Below the pieces are notes generated by a model. It saw only the letters and a list, made by a program, of their open reading frames with translations, had not been told where the DNA came from and made no database searches. A stretch of DNA of 64,000 nt from an uncultured Gemmatimonadales bacterium (lineage in GTDB: Bacteria > Gemmatimonadota > Gemmatimonadetes > Gemmatimonadales > Gemmatimonadaceae): NCBI GenBank assembly GCA_963793305.1, contig CAWBZV010000002.1:384001-448000 (forward strand), read 5' to 3'. Position 1 is the stretch's first letter. Each line of letters begins with the position of its first letter. This document shows positions 41,001 through 55,892 of this stretch, piece after piece. The position numbers and the translations under genes were made by a program.

Positions 41001-41263
41001 TGGTCCTCGAGTTCGATCACGTCGGTGGCGGGCTCGTCACCAAAGGCCAACTCAACGGCGTGAAAGGGTTCGCGATCGCCGGCGCGGACCAGCGCTTCGT
41101 GTGGGCCGACGCGGCCATCAAGGGTGACCACGTGATCGTGTGGAGCGATTCCGTGCGCGACCCGATTGCGGTGCGGTACGCCTGGGGCAACAACCCCGCG
41201 GCGGCAAACCTGTACAACCGGGACGGCCTACCGGCGGTCCCGTTCCGGACGGACCAGTGGTGA
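38099..41263 (+). CDS. GH5 (subfamily 7-like) beta-mannanase/mannosidase fused to SGNH sialate-O-acetylesterase-like (CE20-like) module
   Basis: WQLSNEPR, VLEEFG; then MVMQR, CSGQSNM, WGGSRIEPW, WYQGE, DIHP, VRYAW. Confidence 0.88.
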   Translation: MRTWMRHVALLLILVPAAAFSGQPAPHDFVRVRDGQFFIGHTPYHFLGVNLWFGMNLGAADRPRLLRELDRLQQLGVTNIRLMASSEGPETEPFRIVPAVQDAPGQFNETLLQGLDVMLAEMAKRNMRGVLVLNNFFQWSGGMAQYVNWATGDPIPYPEQNGHTWDEFQNYSARFYATEKAEAQFERYVATLIARRNTITGVAYRDDPTIMAWQLSNEPRGFAYSEAYVSWVNRIGAFVRNRAPNQLISLGGEGKLDRHTPGTGTQFERVSRSPFLDYLTIHLWIENWGWYDPSQPDATWDLALGRSMSYLADHLAIAQALGKPLVLEEFGVSRDGRQYDPAAPVTHRDAFMRTVLEALYYLASEPTVVAGGNVWSWSGEARPVSPGGLWHRGDPFTGDPPHERQGWYSIYATDTSTTSIIRTYAQRMDGIARLQLSRLMTDGMVMQRDARVPVWGRAMPGDNVVVTFDGHSYAGRATPSGEWRIELPPMTAGGPHEMTVADGADHITIHDILVGNVWVCSGQSNMEWSVVDAIHGASEVAAANDPEIRHFKVPKSWAAHPDSDVDGGPWERADPEHVGHFTAVGYFFARALRKTVHVPIGLLNTSWGGSRIEPWMSAAALHLNAAGIAEVLRQDSLHQTQLLDSLRAHVGDLPSSNVGLVDGKAVWADPALNDSRWAMIDVPKLWPQAGYDGFDGVAWYRTAFSLTADEVASGVRLSLGAIDNSDITWVNGTEVGRKENAWNLPRGYTVPPAALHAGRNVLTIRVQNYSGGGGIYGDPSQLFVDVAGAHRPLAGSWRFKVGQYIARDDTHKNQVPTLLYNKMVYPILPFPIKGVLWYQGEANANTPSDARAYRASFADMITSWRQEWHQPSFPFLWVQLANFMAADSAPSPGNWALLRESQHAALSLPNTGEAVIIDLGDANDIHPRDKQDVGARLALAARHVAYGENGIVYSGPTLRRSHLQHGRMVLEFDHVGGGLVTKGQLNGVKGFAIAGADQRFVWADAAIKGDHVIVWSDSVRDPIAVRYAWGNNPAAANLYNRDGLPAVPFRTDQW

Positions 41264-41306
41264 GACTCACAGGCATTCACTCTCTACCCCTCGGAGGCGT
41301 CACGCT

Positions 41307-44300
41307 ATGAGGCATTGTCGTCATGTGTTGGTCGTAACCATGGGGGTCGGCATGCTGCTCGTGGCGGGGCGACTGCATGCCCAAGTCGCGGGCGACACCG
41401 TCAAAGGGCAGGTGCTGGATACCGCCCAGGCGGCCATCGCCAATGCTCGCATTACGCTCGTCGGCACCACGAAAGGCGCGGTGACGCGAACGGATGGCCG
41501 CTACGTCATTACCGGCGTCGCGCCGGGGCAATACACCGTTGCGGCGGCCCATCTCGGATTCCAACCGCAGCAGCACACGGTCACGGTCACCGCCGGCCAG
41601 ACGGCGCTCGTGGACTTCGCGTTGCACCTCGCGGCATTCCGACTCCAGGAGCAGGTCGTCGTCGCCTACGGCACAGAGACGAAAGCCGATGTCACCGGGT
41701 CGGTGGCGACGATCACGGGGGACGAGGTGAACCAGTCGGCAACGGTGTCCGTGGAGCAGGGCCTCCAGGGCCGCATGGCCGGCGTTCAGGTCATTCAGAA
41801 CGACGCCGCGCCGGGCGGAGGCATCAGCGTGCAGATCCGCGGCATGAGCACGCTGACGGGCGTCACCAGTCCGCTCTACGTCGTCGATGGCGTGATCTAC
41901 GAGAACGTCATTGACGGACAAAAACCAGATCCTCTCGCAGAGCGGCAAGAGCACGAGCCTCGGGCTCACCGACCTGACCTCGACCAATCCACTGGCCGAG
42001 ATTAATCCCGCCGACATCGAGTCGATCGATATCCTGAAGGACGCGTCGGCCACGGCGCTGTATGGCAGCCGCGCGACCAACGGTGTCGTCATCATCACGA
42101 CGAAGCGTGGCCAGCATCTGCGCCAGGGCCACTGGACGTTGAACCTCCAGCAGGGATACGCGTCGAATATCAACCAGATCCAGGTGCTGAACGCGTTCCA
42201 GTACGCCACGTATGTGAACTCGGCCTACACGAACGCGAACAACGGCAGCACCGCGAACGATCCGTATGGCGGCGCCAACCACCCCGGGAGCTTCACGCCA
42301 TCCCAGATCCAGTCGGCGGTCGGGCCCGGTATCAACTGGCAGAACCAGATCTTTCACACGGCGCCGGTCACGAACCTGCAGGGTGGATTCCTGGGCGGCG
42401 ATGACCATACGAATTATTCGGTCGCGGGCAACTACCTGAAACAAAGCGGCTCGATCGTCGGCTCGGAGTACGACCGCTACGGGATCCGGGCGAACCTCGA
42501 TCGCGATATCAACTCGCACATCAAGCTGTACTTCAGCTCCGAGTTCAATCGCACGAGCAACAACATCGTGTTCACGGCGACGCAGACGAGCGGGAACGCG
42601 GCCGGCGTCGTGCGCAGTGCGCTGCAGTATCCGCCGTTCCTGCCGATCGGCGATACGCTGACGCTGCGCTCGAATCCGCAATTCACGGATCCCGCCTTGT
42701 TCTCGTATTACGGCGCGAATCCGCTCGATTACACGGACGACGTGCCCGAGAATCAGCAGTACCTCCGGGGGATCGGGAACGCGCGCATGACGGCCGACCT
42801 GACGCACCATTTCTCGCTCGACGCGAGCGTCGGCGGCAATTTCGAGCAGCAGAACTACAGTCTCTATACGCCGAGTTACGTCCAGGAAGGCGGGAGCACG
42901 AGCGGCCTGGCGGTGCAGGCCTCGTCGCAGTTCAGCGACATCCAGACCGAGGACCTGCTCCGGTACGGCAACACCTTCGGCCCGCACCGGGTGGACTTCG
43001 TCGGTGGATACACGTACGAGGCCGACCGCAACACGTACGTCGCCACGACGGCGGCCGATTTCCCGAACGATTACCTCGGCGCGAACGCGCTCGCCAACGC
43101 GCTCCTCGTGTACCCCGTGAACAATGCGCTCCAGACGTGGTCGCTCCGGTCATGGCTCGGGCGCGTGAACTACTCCTACGCCGATCGCTACCTCGCGACG
43201 GCGTCCCTGCGGCAGGATTGCTCCTCGCTCTTCGCCGATAACAACAAGTGCGCCACCTTCCCAGCGTTCGCGTTGGCCTGGCGGCCGATCGAAGAGTCGT
43301 TCATGAAGAACCAGCAGATTTTCTCGGATCTCAAAGTCCGCGCGAGCTGGGGTCAGTCCGGGAATACGTCGATCGGACCCTATCAGTCGCTGGGGCAGAT
43401 CACCACGCCGGGCAGCTATCAGACGCCGATCGGCAACACGATCGTATCAGACCTGTCGGTCTCACAGCTCGGGAACCCGAACCTCAAGTGGGAGACGACG
43501 TCGCAGCTGGATATCGGATTGGATTTTGGATTGTTCGATCAGCGGATGACGTTCAGCGGCGACTACTATAACAAGCGCACCGTCAATCTGCTCCAAGCGC
43601 TGGCGCTGCCCGACAATACGGGCTTCGGATCGATCTTCTTCAACTCCGGTATCATCACGAACAAGGGCATCGAGCTCTCCGCCGCGCTCAATGTGTTCCG
43701 GAATCAGCGTGTGGTGGGTCAGTCGTTCAGCTGGAATATCTCGGCCAACGCGTTCCACAACGCGAACAACGTCGTGAGCCTGGGTCCGATCGCCCAGGAG
43801 TTCCTGACCCGACTCGGCCCTGGCGCTGGCGCGACGTTCCAGCCGTTCATCGAGCAGCCGGGCCTCCCGCTCGGCACGATTTGGGGCTACGTCGCGGACG
43901 GCATCTTCAAGACGCAGGCCGAGGTGAACGCGTACGCAAACATCCAGCCCGGCGCGACGATTGGGAGCTATCGCTGGAAGCACTTCGGCTCGGCCACGAC
44001 GCCGCTCAGCCCGAGCGATGAGCGGCCGCTCGGCGACGTCAACCCGGATTGGGTCTACGGGTTCACGAACCGCTTCAAGTTTGGCCGCGCGGATCTGAGC
44101 GTGCTGGTGAACATCTCGCGCGGCAACAGCATCATCAATCTCCAGCGGTACACGTACCTGCAGCTCCAAGGCACGTACAACGAGCCCCTCACGTACGTGC
44201 AGAACTCGTTCAATCCGGTCACGAATCCGAACGGCAAGTACGCGGAGATCAACGCGAACAACGGCGCGTTCCCATTCATGAACAGTCTGATGGTCGAGGA

Positions 44301-44548
44301 TGGGTCGTATCTGCGGCTCAAGAACGTCCAGCTGGGCTACACGATCGATCTGCCTGGCGCGCGGGTCGCCCGGATCTACGTCTCGGGGATCAACCTGCTG
44401 ACGTTCGACCAACTACTCCGGGTATGATCCGGAAGTCGGCGCGGTCGGCAACGGCGTGGGTGCCGATATCAATCACATGCCGGGTGTCGATCAAGGCAGC
44501 TATCCGGCGCAGCGTATCTTCTCGTTCGGCGTGAACACGTCATTCTGA
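41307..44548 (+). CDS. susC: SusC/RagA TonB-dependent transporter; apparent +1 frameshifts at 41904-41905 and 44404-44405
   Basis: [62 protein letters not shown], terminal Phe. Confidence 0.93.
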
Positions 44549-44561
44549 GGACCATCATCCC

Positions 44562-46232
44562 ATGAATCGCTTCGCACTCTGTGCCGTCGCTGCCCTGCTG
44601 GTGGGATGCGGAAATATGAAAGAGTCCCCCAACGGGTTTCTGACGCCCAATCAGTTTTTCCAGAACGACCAGGAAATTCACGCCGGATTGGCCGGCGCCT
44701 GGGAACCACTGATCGACTACAACCTGTACAAGCAGCCGTCCTGGATCGGCGAGTCGTTCGAGGATCCGTATCTCAATCCGGAGAACTGGCTCGGCGGGTC
44801 AGGGACGTACAACGGTGTCACCGAAGGCAACTGGTACACCGAGCGCCCATGGACGGGCGACTATCAGCTGATCTCGGGCGCCGACCAGGTCTTGGCCTCG
44901 ATCCCGAAGTGCACCGGGTGCACCAAAGCGAACAGCAAGCTGTACGCGGGGCAGGCGTATTTCCTGCGCGCCTGGGCGTATTTTGATCTCGCGATGCGCT
45001 TTGGACCCGCGGTGATCCGGAACACGCCGTATACCTTCACTCCCACGGGCGGCGCGGTCACGCGCTCACCGCTGCCGGTCGTGTATCAGCAGATCTCAGC
45101 CGACCTGCATCAGGCGATCGACTCGCTTCCGACCTCGAACTATTCGGAGTCGATCGGCGGGAGCCGGCCGAGCGCGATCAGCGCCTGGGGCCTCCTCGCG
45201 AAAGTGTACCTATTCGAGGCGGGTCACCAGTTCGATGACGAGAACGCGGCGGACACGACCGGTTACCACCCGAACGCGACCTACATGGATTCGGCGGCCT
45301 ACGCCGCGCAGCAGGTGATCTCGAGCGGTGTCCCGTCGCTGGAGCCGAACTATCAGACCCTGTTCGACCCGGTCGCGCAGAAATCGAGCTCGGAGATTCT
45401 CTGGACCGTCGATTTGAGCAATGCCGCAAGCGGCAGCGGATCAGAGATCAGCGACTTTTTCACGCCGCAAGATTGGCAGCTGGGCGGCGGATTCGGCCAG
45501 GGATTCATCGGGGTGCGGCGAGATTTCTATAACACGTTCGAGCCCGGCGATCTCCGCGTGGCACCGAACAAGGGCATCTTCATTCACTGGATCCAGAATG
45601 ACACCAAGGGTGCCACGTCGCCGCAGGGGATTCTCCTCGACTCACTCGCGGCGTACGAGGCGGCACGCGGCGCCGTCAAGGACTCGATCTATAATTACGG
45701 TGCATATCACCAGAACTGTCGCGACTTCGGCGCGAACGGGCATCGGATGACGTTCGCCGACGGCTCGACGGACTCGATCTACGCGTCGCCCGAGATCTTC
45801 AGCACGAAATACGTGGACCAGAATGCGACATCGAAACTCAACAATGGCAACGATATCCACCTCGTGCGGTACGCCGAAGTCCTCTTGATCTACGCCGAGG
45901 CGGAGAATGAGGTCGCGGGGCCGACGGGCGCTGCCTTCACCGCGTTGAACCAGGTGCGCGCGCGGGCGGGCTTGCCGCCATCAACCGCGTCTGGCCAAGC
46001 GGCATTTCGTCAGGCGGTGTGGAATGAACGAGCGCACGAACTGTTCGCGGAAGGCATGACGAAGTTCGATCTCATCCGGCAGAATCGCTGGATCCAAACG
46101 ATCAATGCGCCGTCCACGCTTTACCCGGCGGATGGGGCCTGCGCCAGCGAACTGCTGATCAACCAACTCACGCCGCTGCCGCAGTCTGAGCTGAGCGGGA
46201 ATCCGCTGGCGAAGCAGAACCCGGGTTGGTGA
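44562..46232 (+). CDS. susD: SusD/RagB lipoprotein
   Basis: Lipobox LVGC, GQAYFLRAWAYF, RYAEVLLIYAEA, LNQVRARAG, ERAHELFAEG...FDLIR. Confidence 0.92.
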   Translation: MNRFALCAVAALLVGCGNMKESPNGFLTPNQFFQNDQEIHAGLAGAWEPLIDYNLYKQPSWIGESFEDPYLNPENWLGGSGTYNGVTEGNWYTERPWTGDYQLISGADQVLASIPKCTGCTKANSKLYAGQAYFLRAWAYFDLAMRFGPAVIRNTPYTFTPTGGAVTRSPLPVVYQQISADLHQAIDSLPTSNYSESIGGSRPSAISAWGLLAKVYLFEAGHQFDDENAADTTGYHPNATYMDSAAYAAQQVISSGVPSLEPNYQTLFDPVAQKSSSEILWTVDLSNAASGSGSEISDFFTPQDWQLGGGFGQGFIGVRRDFYNTFEPGDLRVAPNKGIFIHWIQNDTKGATSPQGILLDSLAAYEAARGAVKDSIYNYGAYHQNCRDFGANGHRMTFADGSTDSIYASPEIFSTKYVDQNATSKLNNGNDIHLVRYAEVLLIYAEAENEVAGPTGAAFTALNQVRARAGLPPSTASGQAAFRQAVWNERAHELFAEGMTKFDLIRQNRWIQTINAPSTLYPADGACASELLINQLTPLPQSELSGNPLAKQNPGW

Positions 46233-46244
46233 CCCAAGTAGGAT

Positions 46245-48111
46245 ATGACACTCCGGCTCCTCGATGTCCTGATTATCGCGGCCTATGTGGTCACGACGGT
46301 CATCATCGGCTTCTGGATCTCGAAGAAGGCATCGAGGAGCCTCCGGAGTTACTTCCTGGGTGGCAACCGCATTCCGTGGTACGTGCTCGGCGTGTCCAAT
46401 GCGTCGGGCATGTTCGACATCAGCGGGACCATGTGGTTGGTGTCGCTGCTGTTCGTCTACGGGCTCAAGAGCATTCTGGATCCCGTGGCTCTGGCCGGTC
46501 TTCAATCAGATCGTGCTGATGGTCTTCCTGTCGACGTGGCTGCGCCGGTCCGGCGTCATGACCGGCGCGGAGTGGATCCGGTTTCGGTTCGGCGATGGAC
46601 GCGGGGCGCAACTGGCCCATCTGATCGTGGTCGTCTTCGCCCTGTTGAACGTCGTGGGCTTTCTCGCCTACGCGTATATCGGCATCGGAAAGTTCGCCTC
46701 GACGTTCCTGCCCTGGCAGCTGTCCGCCGACCCTGGGACGAACGTGAAGCTCTGGGGCTGTCTGATTATCGCCATTACGACACTCTATGTCGTTAAGGGT
46801 GGGATGTTCAGCGTCGTATCGACCGAGTTATTGCAGTTTGCGCTGTTGACCGTCGCGAGCATCGCCGTCGGCGTCCTGGTCATGCACCAGGTCTCACCGG
46901 CCATGCTCGACCCGGTGATCCCGCAGGGTTGGCGCAATCCGTTCTTCGGGTGGCACCTGCATCTCGATTGGTCGCATATCATGCCGGCGGTCGACCAGCG
47001 GATCGCCTCCGATGGGTGGTCGTTCTTCGGCGCCTTCTTCGCGATGATGCTGTTCAAGGGTCTCTTGCAAGCCGGCGCGGGCCCGGCGCCGAACTACGAT
47101 ATGCAACGGGTTCTGTCGACGCGGAGTCCCAGTGAAGCCGCGAAGATGAACGGCTTCGTCAACGTCGTCCTCATTGTCCCACGGTACATGCTGGTGACTG
47201 GTCTGACGGTGCTGGCCCTCGTCTACTTCAATCACCAGCTCAACGCCATGGGGACGCACGTCGATTTCGAGCTGGTCCTCCCGCTCGCGATGCGCAGTTT
47301 CATACCGACCGGTCTCCTCGGACTCCTGATCGCAGCACTCCTCGCCGCATTCATGTCGAACTACGCCGCCACGGTGAACGCCGCGCCAGCGTACCTCGTC
47401 AATGATATCTACAAACGTTATATCAACCCGCGCGCCGACCAGCGCACGCTCGTGCGCATGAGCTACGCGACGTCGATTCTCGTCGTGATCATCGGCACCG
47501 CGACGGGCCTCTTCGTGGCGTCGCTCAATGGCATTGTCCAGTGGATCGTCTCGGCGCTCTACGGCGGCTACACCGCATCGAACCTGTTGAAATGGTACTG
47601 GTGGCGCTTCAATAGCTACGGCTACTTCTGGGGCATGCTCGCCGGCATCGTCGCCGCAATGCTCGGCGCCTTGGTGCCGAACCTCGCCCCGATCTACATC
47701 TTCCCGGCGATCCTCGCGTTGTCCCTCATCGGCGCGATCGCCGGGACGCTCTTGACGCCACCGGACGAGCCTCACGTGCTCGACCGCTTCTATTTGAGGG
47801 TCCGCCCCTGGGGGTTCTGGGGTCCCGTGCACGACCGCGTAGCGCTCACCCACCCGGGCCTGGTCGCGAATCAGAATTTTCGCCGCGACATGTTCAACGT
47901 CGTCGTCGGCATCGTCTGGCAGACCGCCCTGACGGCGACTGGCATCTTGCTCGTGCTCCGCGACTGGCGCGCGCTCGCCATCAGCGTGTCGCTGGTCGTC
48001 GTGAGCGCCGTCATCCTCAAGTTCACGTGGTACAATCGAATCGAAGATTACCCGGCTGACCCGTCGCCGATCGTTGTCGACGAGCCGGAGATCGCTTTGG
48101 TGAGCCCTTGA
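46245..48111 (+). CDS. Sodium:solute symporter; apparent +1 frameshift at 46474-46475
   Basis: YFLGG..IPW, SGMFDISGT, YDMQRVLS, LAAFMS, LKWYWWRFN. Confidence 0.9.
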
Positions 48112-49284
48112 TGTCAATGTCCGCTTTTGACGCTCGTGTCCGCGCGCTGGTCGGCGCCTACGAAGCCCTCGTCACCCGGCCGAACCAACGCGTGGCCGGC
48201 GGGAGCGGCATTATCGACCGCTACCGTCACCCCGCGCTCACGGCCGCGCATACGCCGGTCTTCTGGCGCTACGATCTCACGGAGTCGACGAACCCGGATT
48301 TGCTCGAGCGCTTGGGGGTCAATGCGGTGTTAAACCCCGGTGCGATCAAGCACGCCGGCCGCTATCTCATGGTGCCGCGGGTGGAGGGCGTCGACCGCAA
48401 ATCGTTCTTCGCCGTCGCCGAGAGCCCGAATGGCATCGACCAGTGGCGTTTCTGGGATTATCCCATTCGCCTGCCCGAGACGGACCAGCCGGAACGTCAA
48501 CGTCTACGACATGCGGCTCACGAGCCATGAAGACGGGTGGATCTACGGTGTCTTCTGCACCGAGCGCAAGGACCTGTGTGCGCCCACCGACCCATCGGCC
48601 GCCATCGCGCAAGCTGGTATCGCGCGGACGCGCGACCTGCTCACCTGGGAGCGGCTGGATGACCTCCGCACGCGGTCGCGCCAGCAGCGCAACGTGGTAC
48701 TTCATCCGGAGCTCGTCGACGGCAAGTACGCGTTCTACACGCGACCGCAAGATGGCTTTATCGACACAGGCTCCGGCGGAGGCATTGGCTGGGGCCTAGC
48801 CGATGACATAGAGCACGCTATTATCGCCGACGAGCGCATTGTCGATCCGCGCCTGTATCACACGGTCAAAGAGATCAAGAACGGCCAGGGCCCGCCGCCG
48901 ATCAAGACGAAAGAGGGTTGGCTCCACCTCGCCCACGGTGTGCGGAACACCGCCGCCGGACTCCGCTACGTGCTCTACCTGTTCATGACGGACCTCGCCG
49001 AGCCGTGGCGCGTCATCCATGCGCCGGGCGGATACCTGATCGCGCCGGAGGGCGACGAGCGCGTCGGCGACGTCTCGAACGTCGTGTTCGCGAGCGGTTG
49101 GATCGCCGATGACGATGGGACGGTGTTCATCTATTATGCGTCCTCCGACACGCGCATTCACGTGGCGACGTCCAACGTCGCCCGGCTGGTCGACCACGCG
49201 ATGCACGCTCCGCCGGACCCGCTCCGGTCCGCCGCGAGCGTCGAACAGCGCTACGATCTGATTCGCCGGAACCTCGGCGCATGA
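48111..49284 (+). CDS. GH130 4-O-beta-D-mannosyl-D-glucose phosphorylase; apparent +1 frameshift at 48493-48494
   Basis: [53 protein letters not shown]. Confidence 0.92.
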
Positions 49285-50505
49285 GCGCGCGGCCGCAGCT
49301 CAACGCGCTCCGGGCAGAGCTCGAGCACGAGCTGACGCACGGCATTCTGCCGTACTGGATGGGTCGGGCCGTGGATCAGGCGCATGGCGGGTTCGTCGGG
49401 GCCATCACCGAGGACGACCGTCCGGAGCCGGACGCGGCGAAGGGCGCCATATTGAACGCGCGGATTCTCTGGACGTTCGCCGCCGCCTATCGCGTGCTGG
49501 CCGACCCGGCGTATCGGGCGATGGCCGAGCGCGCGGTGTCGTATCTCCGGACGCACCTGATCGATCCGACCCACGGCGGCGTCTACTGGACGGTCGACGC
49601 CTCGGGCGCACCGCTCGACGACCGGAAGCACGTCTACGCCCAGGCGTTCGCCATCTACGCGCTGTCCGAGCACTACCGCGCGACGGCCGACGGCGACAGC
49701 CGCCAGCAGGCGATCCGATTGTTCGAGCTCATCGAGCGGCACGCACACGACGCGCAGTACGGCGGATACGAGGAGGCCTTCTCCCGAGACTGGGTGCGGC
49801 TCTCCGATGTCCGGCTCAGCGCGGAAGATCGGGACGAGCGCAAGAGCATGAATACGCACCTGCATCTGCTCGAGGCGTACACGAATCTCTATCGCGTGTG
49901 GCCCGATGCGCTGCTCTGGAAGCGCATCGAGGAAATCGTGCGGTTGTTTCTCGACCACATTGTGAGCGCCAAGACCGGACATCTGGGTCTCTTCTTCGAT
50001 GGCGACTGGAAGCCGAAGTCGGCCGTCGTCTCGTTTGGGCACGATATCGAAGCCAGTTGGCTTCTGCTGGAGGCGGCCGAACGTCATCGGCGACGACCGG
50101 CTGCGCGGGGCGGTTCAGCACGCGGCCACCCGCGTCGCGCGAGCCGTGCTCGACGAAGGCGTCGACGGGAGCGGCGGCATCTTCTACGAGCGGTCGTCTG
50201 ACGGGACGATCGATACCGACAAAGAGTGGTGGCCACAGGCAGAGGCCATCGTCGGGTTTGTGAATGCCTACCAGGAGACCGGCCGCGGGGCGTTCCTCCG
50301 TGCTGCCTGGGAAACGTGGCTCTTCACCAAAACTCACATCGTCGACCACCAGCACGGCGAGTGGCGCCGCCGGGTGACCCGCGACGGGGCTCCGCTACCC
50401 GGTATGGAGAAGGCTGGGCTCTGGAAATGCTCGTATCACAACGCGCGGGCGTGCTTGGAAATCATGTCCCGCGCTGGAGCGGCCGCCGAGCGAGTCGCGG
50501 GATGA
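49281..50505 (+). CDS. Cellobiose/mannobiose 2-epimerase (AGE family); apparent +1 frameshift at 50080-50081
   Basis: [43 protein letters not shown]. Confidence 0.92.
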
Positions 50506-52601
50506 GGTTGTCTCGCCTCGCGTGGGCCGCTGTCGTAGCGGTCCCGGCCTGCCACTATGCGGCGGTGTCGCCGGCGATTGCGCCGATGCCAGCGCCCATT
50601 GATCGCCGTGCGACACCCGAGACGCGTGCCCTGTTCGCGAATCTGCGACGTCTCGAAGGCCAAGCCGTACTGTTTGGCCATCAGAACCCGAGGGACCCCG
50701 AGCTCGTAGGCGTCTACCCGGCAGTCTACGGCTGGGAAGTCGCCGCCCTCTGGTGGCACCCGGAGGGCACGGACTCCCTGCGCCAGCGAATCATCGCCAA
50801 CTATAGAAGTGGCGGTGTCATCACGATGTCGTGGCACATGAACAACCTGGCCACGCACAAGAACTTCTACGACACGACGGTCGTCACGCCGCAGCTGCTC
50901 CCAGGCGGCTCGCTCAATGCCGCCTATCGAGGTTGGCTGGACACCGCCGCCGCATTCTTCCAAAGCCTACGCTCGGGCGACACGCTGATCCCCGTCGTAT
51001 TCCGCCCGTTCCACGAGATGACGGGCGGCTGGTTCTGGTGGGGCCGCCGCCACACGACGCCGGCCCAACTCGTGGCCCTCTGGCGTTTCACAGTCGAGTA
51101 TCTCCGCGACGTCAAGGGCGTTCACAACCTGCTCTACGCCTACTCGACAGAACGTCTTCGACTCCCCGTCCGACTATCTGTTGCAATGGCCCGGCGACGC
51201 CTACGTCAACGTCCTTGGCTTCGACGACTACCACAGCGTAAAATCCCCCGACACCCGCGACGTATTCGTGCGCCGCCTGCACGATGTCGTCACCATGGCG
51301 GATGCCCGCCACAAGATCCCGGCGCTGACGGAGACTGGCGTCGACAGCGTACCGGACCCGAACTGGTGGACGGGCACGCTCCTCAGCGCGATCACGAGCG
51401 ACTCGATCACTCGTCGCATCGCGTGGCTCCTGGTATGGTCGAACGCTCCGCGGTATTTCTATACTCCGCGGGCCGGCAATGCAAGCGCCGCCGATTTTGT
51501 TCGCTTTTATCAAAATCCGCTGATCCGCTTCCAAGACAACCTGCCTGACCTCTATCACCTCGGCTCTCGCCCCTCCGACCGCGACGCGACACCAGAGACG
51601 CGGGCGTTGTTCGCCGGACTCAAACGAGTCGAAGGGACCAAGATCTTGCTAGGCCATCATGATGACCTGGCCTATGGCGTAACGTGGAAGAACGAACCGG
51701 GCCGGTCAGATGTGAAGGACGTATCGGGTGCGTACCCCGCCCTCGTCGAGTGGGAATGCGGCAACCTCGAGAAGGGCATGCCCGCCGACCTCGACGGCGT
51801 GACGTTCGACCAGATCCGCCAGTTCGCTCTCGAGGGTTACGGGCGAGGCGAAGTCGTGGCACTCAGCTGGCACATGAGCAACCCGGTGACGGGCGGCAAC
51901 GCTTGGGATACCACGAGCGCGGCATCAGCCGTGCTCCCGGGCGGCGAGCGGCACGAGGCGTATTCCCAATGGCTCGACCGATTCGCCGAGTATCTCGGGA
52001 CGTTCCAACGAGATGGTCGGCCGATCCCGATCATCTTTCGCCCGTTCCACGAGATGACGGGCGGTTGGTTCTGGTGGGGCCGTCGCCACACGACGCCGGC
52101 GGAGTACATCGCGTTGTACCGGTTCACCGTCTCGTACCTGCGCGACACGAAGCACGTCCATAACCTGTTGTACGCCTACACCCCCGACGTCTTCGAGTCC
52201 ACGAGCGACTATCTGCTGCAATACCCGGGCGATGCCTACGTCGACATCATGGGCTACGACGACTACAAGAGCATCAAATCGCCATACACACGACCATACT
52301 TCGTCCAGCAATTGCACGAGCTGGTCGAGCTCGCCGATGCCCGCGGCAAGGTCCCCGCGCTGACCGAGACCGGCGTCCTCGGCATGCCGGATTCGACCTG
52401 GTTCACCGGCACGCTCTTGGCGGGGATCAAGAGCGACGCCGAAACGCGCCGGATCGCGTACGTGTCGCTCTGGCGGAATGCCCGACCCGATCATTTCTTC
52501 GGGCCTTGGCCCGGGAGCGCGAGTGCGCGAGACTTCGTGCGCTTCCGGCACGATCCCCTGATGGCCTTCGAGGGTGACGTGCCCGATCTCTATCGCGCCC
52601 C

Positions 52602-52605
<4 letters not shown>
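50502..52605 (+). CDS. Lipoprotein with two tandem GH26 beta-mannanase domains; apparent +1 frameshift at 51151-51152
   Basis: Two copies each of SWH, FRPFHEMTGGWFWWG, HNLLYAY, D.Y and ALTETG. Confidence 0.88.
51003..52100 (+). repeat. 62-bp near-identical direct repeat (51003-51064 vs 52039-52100) in the two GH26 domains
   Basis: 60/62 identical by manual alignment. Confidence 0.85.
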
Positions 52606-54710
<2,105 letters not shown>

Positions 54711-54714
<4 letters not shown>

Positions 54715-55892
54715 GAAAGCTCGTTTTCTTGCTGTGGGCCACCACGCTCCAGGCCCAAAAGACCGAGCGCTTGGCGCTGACGCCCCCGATGGGGTGGAAC
54801 AGCTGGAACGGGTTCCACTGCAACGTGACTGAGGGGCTGATTCGCGAAACGGCCAATGCGATGGTCACGAGCGGCATGCGTGACGCTGGCTACCAGTACG
54901 TGAACATCGACGACTGCTGGCACGGCGCGCGCGATAGCCTGGGATTTATTCATCCGGATTCGGCTCGCTTTCCGACGGGCATGAAAGCGTTGGCCGACTA
55001 TGTCCACGCCAAAGGTCTCAAGCTCGGGATCTACTCCGACGCCGGCTCGAAAACCTGCGGCGGGCGGCCTGGCAGTCGTGGCTACGAAAACCAGGACGCC
55101 CTGACGTACGCCCATTGGGGAGTCGACTATCTCAAGTACGACTGGTGCAACACGGATTCACTCAATGCGGTCGGCGCCTATCTCACCATGCACAATGCCC
55201 TCGCCCGCACGGGTCGTCCGATCGTATTCAGCATCTGCGAATGGGGAAGCAACAAGCCATGGTTATGGGCGAGCGCAGTCGGCAATCTCTGGCGAACGAC
55301 CAGCGACATCCATGCCTGCTTCGACTGCCTCTTGGATCATGACCGGTGGATCCAGTGGGGCGTCGTACCGATCCTCGAGCGACAGCCCGCGCTGCGCGCC
55401 TACGCCGGACCTGGCCATTGGAACGATCCCGACATGCTGGAAGTCGGGAACGGCATGTCGGTCAGCGAGGACCGCGCGCATTTCACCATGTGGGCTATGG
55501 TCGCCGCGCCGCTGATCGCCGGCAACGACATTCGCTCAATGTCGCACGAGACCGCGGCCACGCTCACCAATCGCGCGGTGATTGCCGTCGACCAAGATTC
55601 CCTCGGCATCGAGGGCTTTCGCTACTCGCTCGCCGATAGCGTCGAGGTCTGGTTCAAGCCTTTGGCGCACGATGCGTGGGCTATGGCGTTCTTGAATCGC
55701 GCCCGCTCGCCCCGCAGCGCGACATTCGATTGGCGCCGGGAGTCGGTCGCCGACACGGTATTCAACCGCAAGCTCGAAGGCACGTACCACATTCGCGACC
55801 TCTGGGCCGGCGCCGATCGCGGGACCACGGGCCAGCCGCTCAGCGTGAGCGTGCCGCCGCACGATGTCGTGCTCGTGCGGCTCGCGCGATGA
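54711..55892 (+). CDS. GH27 alpha-galactosidase
   Basis: TPPMGWNSWN, NIDDCW, YLKYDWC, WRTTSD, WNDPDMLEVG. Confidence 0.95.
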
